Positions 1 through 12,844 of a DNA stretch of 64,000 nt are shown here, in pieces. Below the pieces are notes generated by a model. That model made no database searches. It had not been told where the DNA came from and worked only from the letters and a program-made list of their open reading frames with translations. Both the position numbers and the translations under genes were made by a program. Where the stretch lies: the NCBI GenBank assembly GCA_051294375.1, contig CM119263.1, forward strand, positions 26,266,758-26,330,757. The letters run 5' to 3'. Source of the DNA: Paraspadella gotoi (taxonomy: Eukaryota > Animalia > Chaetognatha). Position 1 is the first letter of the stretch. Every line of letters starts with the position of its first letter.

Positions 1-602
1 GAAGCGACCGATATATAAAGATCCTCTTCTCTCTTCTTCTTCCTCTCCTCTTCTCACTTTCTCCTCATCTTCTCCTCCACTGACTCCTCCCACTTGTTTT
101 CATGGATGTCCCGTGAAATACCACGAGAAGAGAGGATAGAGGCAGAGAGAGAGCGAAGAGAATGAAGAAGAGCTAGAGAGATGAGAGAAGATGAAGATGA
201 GAGAAGAAGAGGAGAAAAAAGAGCCGTGGACTACAAAGAATAAGGAGATGAGAAAAAAAGCAGGAATCGAAAAAGAAGAGATGGAAAAGGAACAATGAGG
301 AAAAGGAGAAAAGAATGAAGAGAGACTAGGAGAAAAGAGAAAAAAAATTAAAGAGGAACAAGGAGAAGGAAGGAACATAGAGTATACTGGATGGAGGAGG
401 AACACTCTGCGTCGGTAAGATAGGAATGGAAAAATAACACAACCCGAACCCCTCTAAAAAGGCGGAATTTCGATTTAAACAGATGAGAATGAAGGAAAAG
501 CCGACGAGGAGGGAGATAGAGATGAGAAGAAAGAAGGGAGAGATGAGAAAGATTAAGAAACGAGAGGAGAGAGAAGTAGAGAGAGAGGTGAGAGAAGTTA
601 TC

Positions 603-919
603 CTGGACGTTGTTAAACCGCAAGATTTTTCCGGAGAGCTTCATGGATAAAAAGGGGAAAAAAAGGAATTTTCCGTCATCGAGTCGTTCATGCCGTTTTC
701 GTCCCATGATCTCGAACGCGCTCTTTTCATTCAAACTCCATCCATTACGCCCACAAAAACTGGAGGGTAACGCGCGCGTGTATAGAAGATGAGAGATGAG
801 ATGAAGATGAGACGAAGAGAGAGAGAATTAGGGAGAGAATGAGAGAGAGAGATAAATTCGAAGCAAAAAAACTACTCCCAGAACCATTTGAATCCGCCCG
901 CCGCGTTTGGTGCCTCCAT
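603..919 (-). CDS. Putative first exons of an unidentified gene running off the left edge
   Basis: ATG at 919, exon 919-876 (GT donor), acceptor CCTCCAG at 760-761, in-frame continuation MEAPNAAGGFKWFWDFCGRNGWSLNEKSAFEIM... Downstream sequence is low quality; family not recognised. Confidence 0.3.
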
Positions 920-1490
920 GTTGTTGCGGTCGTGTTAGCCGCTTATAGTTTTGTTTCCGGCTCGTTTTTTTTTTTTTTTCGCGTTTAATTGTTTATGATG
1001 TCAACGCCGGAGACTGCTTTCGTCTAAATCTCACGACCAACGGGAAGTTTTTAAAAACGTCCTCGCTCGCGAATCACGAAACATCCGAGGAAAACAAAAA
1101 CAACAAAAAAAAAACCAAAACTTTCGACGAAGGGAAGGAAGGTTTTTCTGTTTTGTTTTAAATGGTTGCGTAACTTGTAGCAAAACAGTTTAGAGCCAAA
1201 ACCCTAATAAATTTTTTTAGCGAAAATTTATATAAGATCCTACCAAAGATTTATTCTTTTTTTTTTTGGGGGGGGGGCGTTATGAGGCTACAAGATTGCT
1301 TATAATTCAGTATTCATATGTTATTTTAAATGGTGGATAAAGTGGTTATTGAGCGCGTTTAACTGTCTTTATTCATCCTGTTTAAGTTCCAATACATTTG
1401 AGAACATTGATACATGTATAGGTATTTTTACGGGACCTACAAAAATATAAGAATTTCAACTATTCGACCTTGGAAGCTTTGACAGTTTGT

Positions 1491-1542
<52 letters not shown>

Positions 1543-3098
1543 TGTCTGCTTAGCTTTCTAAAATCCTATAGTCACAAGTTCGCTGAGACGTATTCTGTTT
1601 CAAGCACGCGATGGTCGAAGAGAACGGTTGCAGTAGACCATAATGTAAAAAAAAAACATTCAGAATTTCAATACATATAATATTTAACATTAAAACAATG
1701 TCGTTTATTTCAGCATAAATCTTATTTTTAATATGCCTAAAACCCATTTAAGTCAACCCTTTTTACCGAGCAGCCGATCTATGATGTCATTTCAAATAAA
1801 ATTTTATTAAAAAAAATATTTATTGTGTTAATATAAAAAATTTACTTCAATTATTCCAATTATGAAATTATCAAAATCTCTCGACAACTTTAAAAATAAA
1901 ATAGAGAAGTGTTTAATCGATTTATTTGTGCCAACTGTTAGCGGATGAAATAAAAAGAGCAGCCACAACAACTACAAAAAAATATTATCAAGAGAGGAGG
2001 GGGGACCCGATAGAGGTGTTGGGAAGAAAGGAAAAAGGTCAAAAATGAACACGCACGCAAAAACGTAGTAAAAGCGAACAGTCGATATCTTTCTTTTTTT
2101 TCGCGTTTTTTTTGGTGGGATTTTTGTATCCTTTTATCTACTTTTCACAAGAGATCAGTCTAACAATTCCAGCTTATTTACTACGTACTACTATGATATT
2201 TGAATTGTTAGTAAAACTATCTTTTTTACAATATCTAGGCATTATGACGTTACTGGATCAGGCGATTTGTCTTTTATAAACGTTTATAAAATAGGACTGA
2301 GGAGGAAACTAAAGATTTTGCTGTTGAGGAAAATACATCTGTGTTGGCCAAATACTTTCTTGTAGAAATAAAAAAATAGCTTAAGTAAATTAATATCGAT
2401 TTTAAACAATATCCTTGTGAGCCAGAAAGAACATCTTCGTCATTTTTTTTTATCCAGACACTAGTGGCCATTGGACCTTTGACCGATCTGGCCAAAAAAA
2501 AATATTCGATCGTTATATTTTTTTGTTCCATTTCATATATTTTTTTTATCGTTAAATATTGATTAAATGTTCTTTCGTTCTTCATCCCACCAGAAATATT
2601 CGTTCGCCTTTCAACTTTTCAAGATCAGCTGGGAATTTGGCCACGCCCCCATTTTTGGGTCCGGATTTGTCGCCGTGACCTTCGCTTCTTTTTACTTCTT
2701 CTTCAACCGTTAAAAAATGTAACTTTGTTTTAATTAGCCACGTGAGATAGCCGCTTAGGTTTCGGTGATCTTTTTACCCTGGACGTATTTATAAATTTAG
2801 ATTTAAATTTAAAACATATGATTAATAATTTGACAATTCGTGATCTTTATTTTGAAAATAAAAAAATTAAATAAGTATTGTAAATTTGATAATAAAAACT
2901 GTAAAGGTTTTATGAGTTATCGGAAAATTAAAAGGCCCTTTAAAAGACCGCCGAGATCCGTCGACCAACGTAGGACGCCGTCATCCTCGCGCCCATGACC
3001 CTATCTTTCTGACGTCGATAAGACGAGGCCACAGAGAGTGCGCAGCGAGGGTTTCGCCACCGGGCCGTCGGGTCTATGATGAGGGTGACGAGTGAAAC

Positions 3099-6000
3099 AT
3101 GGATAGCATCAAATTCGACATCCTTTTAGACGAGAAATTTTACTTCACCGGCGACTTGGTCAAAGCCAAAGTCTACATCACCACGAGCAAGAAGATTCGA
3201 TGCGATACAGTTGAAGTGAGAGCGGGAGGGCGGATTGTTATAAACTCGTATGTCTGAATTGGTTTATTTAATATTAATTCTATTTCTCGAAATTGCATTA
3301 TAGCTTTCTCCGTTCACTGATCTAGGTCAAACGTTTTATTTTGTCAGATGGCTTAAGAGTTGTTTAAGAATACATAGTTTATTATTCTATTAGTGCGCAT
3401 AATTGTATAAAATAACTAAATTTGGTTTAATTTCCACTTTGACAGGTGGTTTGCAAAGGCAAGACTCGCGTTGCCTGGAACACGAGAGATAGTTTCGACG
3501 TCAACGACGAAATCAGGGACGAGAAAATATTCTTGCTCAGACAGAAGGTTTTGTGGCAGACAAAGCAAGACCCAGCCTACTTCCCGAAGGGAACCTACGA
3601 GTACGATGCCAGGTAGAAGACTCGCTTCGAAAGCGGCGATATATTTCGATTTGGGCGCGTTTGCTTGCGCCGTCGTTTTGCAAGCGAGCGCGATGTGTTC
3701 GGGCGAGAGCGGAAATTTACGCGAGGGAAGTTAATCGTATTTCGTCGTCACCCTTGACCCCTTTAGATGCGGGGAGGAGGGGGTTGGGTAATGGGTACAA
3801 GGACCCGAGAGCACGTGAAGGTAAAAAGAAAAGGGGAAAGATTCGAATGCGTTTAGCGACCGGAAATTGGCGGTTTTGTTTTTATCGTTTAATCGAAGGT
3901 CGGACGTGTGTAAGGTTTTTCGATTCGGTTTTACGACCCGAAAACGGAAAATATTAGGGAAAACTTAGAAGTAGGATCTTGGAGGGAAAAGAAAAGTTGT
4001 TTCAATTCAGAAAATGTTTCTTGGGGGGGGGGGATTTCGAAAGATAAAAGAGAACGAAGGAAAAAATAGAAAATGTGAAAAGCAACCGAATAGATATTAA
4101 AATAAGTGAAAAGTATTATTCGTGCGGAAATCAGAATTGATGGAACATTTCTTGGGTTTCACGGTCAAGCGTCATGAAAGCGTGAAATGGAATTTATCGC
4201 ATAGCAAAATAGTTTATTTATTAAATGAATTGTATAATTTTTATATTGGTTGTACCAATTTCATACCTATGAAGATACTTCGGGCTTAATTTAGATTTAA
4301 ATTTTTAGTTTCAATCTCCCCGAGGAAGGGATTCCCTGCTCCTTCGAATCCCCAAGAGGATCTATTCGTTACTACATCAAAGTTACCCTCAAAACAAAAT
4401 TCTTCGCTACCCCTCAAGCTATCAAGCACTTCGCCGTGCTCGCCCCAAAAGTCTTTTGCAGCGATAATTGCTTCCACACGCCGATGGTGAGTGGCTTCGC
4501 TTTGTAATTTGTTTATATCAATTCCTTGGACTCGATTGCACTTTCATTCGATTGAAATTCGTACAACCAGCTTAAATATTACAATATTACCCACCACATG
4601 TCAATAAGTAATCTTTTCAGACTAGGTTTGTTCAAGTTCTTATCCCTCTTAGCTCTTACAACATAACTATGCAAACTTTTAATCTAGTCTCGCGTTTATA
4701 AATCCACTGGAGTATTTGGCTTCCTTTTCAAAATTGTTGAATGACTAAAAAATAGAGAATAGTTTCAGATTAGTCCCTTACTGGTTAAATTTCTAGGGTT
4801 ATATTGGCAATTTCAAAAAATTTTAATTTTTTAGAAACCAACGCGTTAACGAATGTAACAAAAATATATTAGATTGAGTTATAAAAATGATCTTTTGTAT
4901 TTCCTGGCGTGACTAAATTTTAACTTAACAGGTTATAGAGTCAGCCGAGAGACGCCGTTGGGCTTCATGCCTAAAAACAAAGAAGTTGACGTTGAAGACT
5001 CGCATGGATCGAGGCGCCTTCATCGGAGGCGAAAGGTTTCGCGTTTACATAACCGTCGACAACGACTCGCGCGAGGAAGTTTTCATCCAAATTGAGTAAG
5101 TAATATATAAATTATTAGTATGTCATTGAGAAAAAAAATTGTAAGGAGTTTTCAACAAGGCTAAATTTTTGCAACAATTTAAGTAGTAGGTTTTAGAATT
5201 TGTTCCTCTCCTATTAATCGATACTTTAAATAACCGAGACGAATTTGACAAATTATCTAAAAAATATCGGTCGATTTAAAAACCTTGTGAATGCAGTAGT
5301 TTGTGCTGTCAGCGTTTATTTATTTGTGCAAAACTTTGTCAGGTTGATGCAGTACACCGATTACTATATCGGTGAGGAGCCGACGTTACAAATGAAGCAG
5401 GTTAAATTGGCGCAGCAGAAGATGACCACTGCAAACATTTCGCCAAACGAAAAAGTCGATATGCGTCCGAGAATATTCGTGCCAATGTTGCCGCCAACTT
5501 TAACCGAAGTCTCCCCCGCCATCCAAACGTATTACTTCGTGGAGGTCAGTAGGACTCTAGTAATGATTGTGATCTACGGAATCGCAGGGAAGTTTTTTGT
5601 ATATATATATATATATCGATATATATATATATCGCAATTGTTCTCCGAATCTCTGTTTTAATTTTCTTAAGTTAACTTTTATAAAGTTCATGATTGTTAG
5701 TTAACTAAAAAATATTAAAAATTGAAAAAAAAAGTAATGGGCAAAAAACTTTTATCCTGGCTTTAGGTGACCGTCATGTCTTTCCCGCGACCCGGTGTCG
5801 AGCGTCTCAAAAACTCGCTTCCCATCACGATGGCTACTCTTCCTCATCGGAATGCCATCCCGACGGAACGTATAATTACTGAGGCCCGGTGCGACCCGAT
5901 AATTGCAAACGTTCCGATGCTGGAGCGGCCGCCGTGGAGGCCGCCGCAGCCACCGGTGTTCTTTTTACCGGGTGCCGATAGCGCCGAAGGGGCCAACTAT

Positions 6001-7643
6001 CATAGTCCTGAATTCATAATCCAAAGCGGAAGAGACAAACATGGGCCACAGCGTACTGTCATTTTCTACCCTATTTTAGCTACCATAGATCCGGACGCCC
6101 GCTATCACACCATTGAAGTTAGTGATATGCTCAAAAATGAAGAAGAGTATATGTTCCCGCCCTCCGAGGGACTGTTCGATGATGATGATGAAAACCCGGA
6201 TGTTGCCGGCGCTTGCGCCGCCGAACCTATCGCCACTCAACCCACCGCCGTCACCTCCGGCATTAGAGGGGTTGATTTCCCTTGCACTTCTAGAGACGCA
6301 GAGGTTGCTGCTTCTATTTCCGTGAGTGCAGCTGTTGAAGCCGCCCCCAGCTCCCAAGAAGCTGTTGAAGCCGCCCCCAGCTCCCAAGAGGTTGTTGAAG
6401 CCGCCTCCAGCTCCCAAGAGGCTGTTGAAGCCGCTACCAGCTCCAAGAGGCTGTTGAAGCCGCCCCAGCTCCCAAGAGGCTGTTGAAGCCGCCTCCAGCT
6501 CCCAAGAGGCTGTTGAAGCCGCTCCAGCTCCAAGAGGCTGTTGAAGCCGCCTCCAGCTCCCAAGAGGCTGTTGAAGCCGCCTCCAGCTCCCAAGAGGCTG
6601 TTGAAGCCGCCTCCAGCTCCCAAGAGGCTGTTGAAGCCGCCTCCAGCTCCCAAGAGGCTGTTGAAGCCGCCTCCAGCTCCCAAGAGGCTGTTGAAGCCGC
6701 CTCCAGCTCCCAAGAGGCTGTTGAAGCCGCCTCCAGCTCCAAAGGGCTGTTGAAGCCGCTCCAGCTCCCAAGAGGCTGTTGAAGCCGCCTCCAGCTCCCA
6801 AGAGGCTGTTGAAGCCGCCTCCAGCTCCCAAGAGCTGTTGAAGCGCCTCCAGCTCCAAGAGGCTGTTGAAGCGCATCCAGCTCCCAAGAGGCCGTTGAGA
6901 GCCGCCTCCAGCTCCCAAGAGGCTGTTGGAGGCCTCCTCAGCTCCAAGAGGCTGTTGAAGCCGCCTCCAGCTCCCAAGAAGGTATTGAGGCCGGTTCCCG
7001 CTCCCCAAAAGCCTCTAAAGTCGCCTCCATCTCCCAAAAAGAGTCTGATGTTGGCTCCAGCTCTCAAGAATCCGGAGCTGCTGGTGACTGTAGCTCCCAG
7101 GAAGCTTCCTCAAACGGGATTTGCTCCAGCGACGCTAACACAGCCTTCCGAGACCCTGAAGCCCCTTGTAGCTCAAGGGATGACCCTTCAAATGCCGCCA
7201 TTTCGCCCCAAGTGTCTGCCGCTGACTCAGAGGATGTGGTTTGTGGCAACCCGGCTGAGGAATCCACCCTGCCGTCGACACCAGACAAAAGCAAAGGGGA
7301 AGCTCCTTCAGCTGCCACGCCCGATTCGGAAGCCGACGAAGGCCCCTCGACGGTCTACTCTATCGAAGATCCTTTCGAAGGTTCCTCCAAAACCTGCACG
7401 CGTGCTGTATTCGACCACGGCGACATCTCCGCCAGCACCGAGAGCAGTCGGGACAATATCGCCGCACTCATGGACAGCAAGCGGTCAAGCAGAATTCTCG
7501 CTTGTCCTGCTGGCGAGGAAACGCAAGAGGAAGCAGGAATTAGCAGAGAGGCGGGCGAGGACTCTCCTGGTGAAGTTGAAGCCGAAGGCTGTGGAGAAGT
7601 AGAAAAAGGAAGCGATGCTGGAGGAACTGGGGAAGTAAGATGA
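3099..7643 (+). CDS. Arrestin-domain-containing protein (alpha-arrestin/ARRDC-like), 6 exons, long repetitive acidic C-terminal tail
   Basis: Phase-consistent GT-AG exons 3099-3215, 3446-3612, 4309-4486, 4932-5095, 5343-5544, 5767-7643. Arrestin_N motifs FYFTGDLVKAKV, CKGKTRVAW, PKGTYEY, FNLPEEGIPCSFESPRGSIRYYIKV; Arrestin_C motifs GAFIGGE, VDNDS, LPPT, LPITMAT. Frameshifts are confined to the repeat array. Confidence 0.88.
6328..6978 (+). repeat. Coding minisatellite, about 22 x 30 bp (GAGGCTGTTGAAGCCGCCTCCAGCTCCCAA = EAVEAASSSQ)
   Basis: Directly visible tandem units; several carry 1-2 nt deletions. Confidence 0.95.
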
Positions 7644-10293
7644 TGTGAGGTTGACGCTTTGAAGTCGGATTGAAATCTCGATTTGCGGAAGAGGGCTTCG
7701 CTTTTATTCGGTTGTTGGGCTTTGGTAGAAGTGAAGAATTAGGCCAAATAATAATTTTGATTTTTTGTCTAGATCCTCTTTCCAATTTCTCATTCCTCAT
7801 TCCCTGGTACCTCTCCTGTGATTCGCTTTCCTTAAGTTCTTAATCCTTTCGAGGAAAACTTCTCAGTGATTGTTTTACAATCTGCATGCCTATGCTATGC
7901 GAGATATTTTTTTTCTTTCCATTCTAATTGTCACTAATTCATTCTCATACCATGGCAACATTTCAAATTTTATTCTGTAGTTGTAGATGATAATAATATC
8001 TTACTTTTCCGTACTTTTTGATTCTCGCGATTACATTTTATCACAAATTTTAACCATCTTCTTCAATGTCTTTACTATTTTGCTCAAAACACCATCGTTA
8101 CGTCGGAGATTTAATTTTTAATACATTAATTCTTAATACATCGTGATTATGTCACAAAATTTGTTACTCTAAATATCAAGACATCGTACAAAGCGATGCG
8201 ATAATTTTATTATTATGTGCAATAAACCAAGATTGCCTTCTTCCATTTTAACTCTCGTTCTTTTTTGCCTTTAGTTAAACATGACAGAGACAAAGATTTA
8301 AATTCGTCGAAATAGAATATAACTATATACATATGAAAATAGAATCTGGCCATTTGTAGCAAAACAAACATTAAACAAACCGCTTGTTTGTCAGTCATTA
8401 GGTGTACACGTAAATCTGGCGAATATTGTAAGCTGTAAAACTGTTACGAAGTTAGTAAAAATTAAAATCGCGTTCTTAAAGAATTCTTTGTAATTTTTAG
8501 GAGATCCGTTTTTTTCCCCCGTGATGACTGTAATTAATGAAAATTGGGAAAAAATATTTTCGAACTTGTGTAACATTAGTTTTAGATATAATAGTAGTTT
8601 GAAAATATTGTAATTATTGGAATAAAAAAGTATCACTATAAATTATAATAGAATAATTTCGAGAAGATTTTGCAGACGTGAACTTTTGTCTTAGTTTACC
8701 GTTTTCCGTCAGAGCACGCACAGTCACCAATCTTCTTTAAAAGCTGTAGACAAATGATCAACGAATTTTGTAATATTTTATCATATTATATATCGTATGT
8801 GTATATATTGGTTGCACTTATTATGTTCCCAACTGTTTTTATATTTAAGAAGATAATAACTTGACAATTCGCTGGTATTAGACAAATCATATCGATGAGA
8901 GCCGAAAATACGCACATTGATTGGCTTTGGATTTTTTTTATTTTCATGAAACTTTGAAACTGCGTGTTAAAGAAAACGAAAGGTTACAAGATTTTAACTA
9001 GAATCAAATTCGCGACGCCGATTGCAAATTTCGACCCCCTCTCCCGATTAGTTTTGGGTTCACCCGTCAATATTGCGAGGTCTTATTAAATATCTCGCAC
9101 CATATCGAAGAAAAGCGAGAGAGAGAGAAAGAGAGAGAGAGCACGCGTTGCGAGAAAATGAGATGAAAATTCCAATAAGAACGGCAGTCATAGAAATGAC
9201 GTTCCCATGCACAACACCTTGCCTTGCACGTGTTCAATTAACGATTGTTCCAATTTATTTCCCTTTCTTTCACAACACAGACAGTGTTGTCTTCAGACCG
9301 ATACTTTGTTTTCTCTCGGGTCTTATCTTCGCTTCCCTCTTTGTATCTTGTGCGTCTCGAAGTTAAATTTTAACCGCGTTAAAACGAATTAGAAAATGGC
9401 GTTTTGTTGAGATAAAGTTATCAGTTTTTACAACGTTAGGTTTTATCGCCCTATATATTGCACAAATAGATTCGTTACGAAGTGAATAGCGTTACGGGTG
9501 AAAATGGATTAAACTATTAACATTACGTTTCTGTGTGTGTCTCTTCTGTCATGGTATCATCGCGTTTCGTTTGTATATACATAAACTCGTTTCTTCGATA
9601 TAACCGTTTATACAGAGTTAACTTCAAATTTACCTCGTTCATCGCCATTGGCGATTCGCCAATATATCTTCAACCCCTTATCTCCAAATCGCATCGCGCC
9701 ATCTTCCGTCTTCAACCTGAACTAATCTTTCCTTAGAAATAACCTTACTCTCATCATTACCACTCTTATCCTTCGTCATTAGCGCGAGTCGGTACAAGAA
9801 AATCCTCTTAAACCGAACCTTCCAATCTTTTCTTTTCTCTTCCGGTTCGAAGGTCGTGCGCGATCTTTCCGGATTCGGACTTTGACAAAACAAAAACAAA
9901 CAAAAGGCAATGACCCGTCGCCACTTTGTCAGTTCGTAGGTCGATCCGTTTGGATTATATCGAATATTTTGATCAAAATATATACGTACGTGTTACTTTT
10001 CATTTGATTAAATAATATAATTTTCTGTCGCATCTTGGATATGGAAAAAAAATTACAACAACAACAACGACAACTCCCGACGAGAACTGCGACGTCTTTC
10101 TCTCCGGAGACCGCGCGTCGTCATGACAACCTTGACGACGACGACGAACGTCGAACGACGACGACGCGAATCCAGCGGCGCCCCGAGCAATGGAAGTTAC
10201 AAAAACGGGCTCGCCTTTGATGCGAGCGGAGAGACGCAACGCGCCTCGACGGTACGAGAAAAACGGGCGAGGCGACGTTTCGATCCTAATAGC

Positions 10294-10424
<131 letters not shown>

Positions 10425-10859
10425 CGCACAAATTTCGACGCAGTAACAAGGATCGCGAAAGGAACTTACCTCCGCCGCTGCACAGGGATGAATTTTTAAG
10501 GAAATAATTACCGGAATTTTTATTCCATGACGCGGAGGAAAACCAGGAACCAAATGAGAATTATGGACTGACCTTTTGTGGCCAACCATTTGACGTGAGT
10601 TCGTAATTTTTCAGTTAAAATCAAAACTGCGAATATGATGTATAAAGATTGAAATGTTATATTTTTTTCGTTTTAAATATTTTATTTTTACTGCGGATAT
10701 AAACAATAACGAAAACAAAGAAAGGTAAAGCATTAAGAATTTAATATGCTTAGGTTCATCTTTTTCCTTTATTTTTATTATTAGCATTGTCTTAAAAGTT
10801 TTTTTTAGTAATGCATTTTTTGGCTAATTACCTCGTTACGTTTTATCCGTTTGGAATTC

Positions 10860-11191
10860 TTTAATCATTTTTTATAAGTCAATTTCGGTCGGTCTTTGGG
10901 ACGGTCCGTCGGTATGTCTGTCTGTCGGTCTGTCACGCTTACATTATAAATGTATATAATTTGCCTATAGTTTGTTGCTCACTTGTTAAGACAGAAAAAA
11001 CTTAAAATCTAAGGGACTCCAGAAATTCCTAAAAAAAAAGGAATAAAAGACAGAATTTTGATTCAGTGCATGTCATGATTATATAGGCACAGAAAGTTTT
11101 TTAATCATGTCATGTCATGACATATCATGTGATCAAAGGGAAATACATGTAAAAATATAGACACGTGGAATTTTAATTACCGTTCTTGTTT
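10860..11191 (+). mobile_element. Helentron/DINE-like non-autonomous element, family B (5' degenerate)
   Basis: Shares the GGTC/GTCT microsatellite, body and 3' end AATTACCGTTCTTGTT with 20947-21347 and 24170-24505. Confidence 0.6.
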
Positions 11192-11550
11192 AATATTTTT
11201 ATTAACTTATTATCCTTTTGAATATCACGTTAAAAAAACTTTTATAATTCTTTTTTTGTATTCATTAATCCCTAAATAATTTTTAATTTAAATCTTGGAA
11301 GACGTTTTTAATGTTTTTCTACAACGACTTTATTTTTAAATCTAAACCATCTTCCGTGAATCTTTACTTACTTGGACTTATAAATTAAATCTCATTTTGA
11401 ATCTACTTAACGTCCTGCGTTCTCCGGAAATTATTTTTCAATCAGAGAATATGGTCTTCTCCGTCCATTGTCCCTTCCCTCGCGTCAAATTAGCTTACGC
11501 TAATTGAATCGTCACCAAGTTAATCTACTCTAGTAGATTTTTAAAATTTT

Positions 11551-12366
11551 TTAGTCGGATCTGCTTTCAGCAGATCCCGACTCTATAATTCACTTTGTCG
11601 GTCCGTCGGTCCGCCCCTTCAATCTTGTCCGGCACTCACTTATATCATGTCAGAACATCGAATTATGATAAATTATGCAAAAATATGATGTCCGTCCATC
11701 CGTCTGTCCATCCGTCCGTCCGTCCGTCCATCCGTCCAACCTTAGCAAAAAACAAAAATTACTCGTGATTGGATGGATGGATTGGAATGAAATTTTGTGT
11801 GTGGGTAGGGAAGTGTGTGATTGAGCTAGATATGAAGTTTCGATGGAATCGTCCGAGTGGAAATGAGTTTAAATGGAAGAAACAAAAAAATATATTTCAC
11901 TATTTGAATACTAATGAGTGGATGGGGCGATTGACTTGAAATTTTGTATTTGGGTGGAATAGTGTGTGATTAAACTGGAAATCAAGTTTCGATGGAATCG
12001 TTTGAGTGGAAATGAGTTTAAATGGAAAAAACAAAGAACCTGTTTCACTAATTGATTATGCTTCTTTTTCTTTTTATTTTAAATGTAAATGCAAGATGTA
12101 TTAATTAATCAAGTAATTAATTAGTTAATTAATTAATTAGTTAATTAATTAATCNNNNNNNNNNTATATCATGTCAGAACATCGAATTATTATTACAAAC
12201 ATTTTGGATCAAATTAATTGCATAATTAATTACATAATTAACTTGAATAAATTAATTATTAATTAATTAAATAATTATTTATTAATAATTAATTAATTAA
12301 TTAATTAATTAATTAATTACCGATAATGATCGTGGGCAGATCCGACATTGTTTGCTCAAACTTGTT
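11551..12366 (+). mobile_element. Helentron-associated (HINE/DINE-1-like) element, family A
   Basis: 5' subTIR GTCGGATCTGC with adjacent inverted copy, (TCCG)n microsatellite, (TTAA)n tract, 3' subTIR GCAGATCCGAC then short hairpin and CTTGTT, T-rich flanks. Spans a 10-N gap. Confidence 0.7.
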
Positions 12367-12844
12367 TTTAAAACGAAAGCTTCATTCATTTTCCATGACG
12401 TAAACGGACTCATTGAACGAAGAAAAATACGGTGAGCTTGATCTCGTTGTCATAGCAACCGCTTTGTCTCTCGGAAGCGAAAGATTATTTTCGCTTTTAT
12501 ATTTCATTTCAAGGAAAAAGTTAAAAGAATGTAAGTTCCCAGTTTCCAATGTTTTTCTTTTAGTTCTTCATTGACTTCGATATTATTTAAAATTTATACT
12601 TATAATTTTTTTAACTTAATTAATTTCAACAAAGTATCTACTATCAATTCGTAGCCTATCATGCGCTATGTTTACCAGTTAGTTACTATATTCATTTAAC
12701 AAATCATATTATCAGGCTTTTCTTCTTATCGATTTCTCTATCTTGCTAAACTGCAGCAATTTTTAAAGAATTTTAAAAACATACAACCTATGTTTCCGAC
12801 TTTTGCGTTATCTTATTTTCTATTCTACACAATGTCTTTGAAAT

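Noticed and set aside
597-606. Apparent CAG|GATAAC non-canonical GA donor on the minus strand
   Set aside because: The region is error-rich; a one-base insertion in GTAAC is simpler.
6328-6978. CRISPR-like periodicity
   Set aside because: No unique spacers; it is a eukaryotic coding minisatellite.
6076-7067. Long minus-strand and alternative-frame ORFs over the arrestin repeat
   Set aside because: Shadows of a stop-free 30-bp unit.
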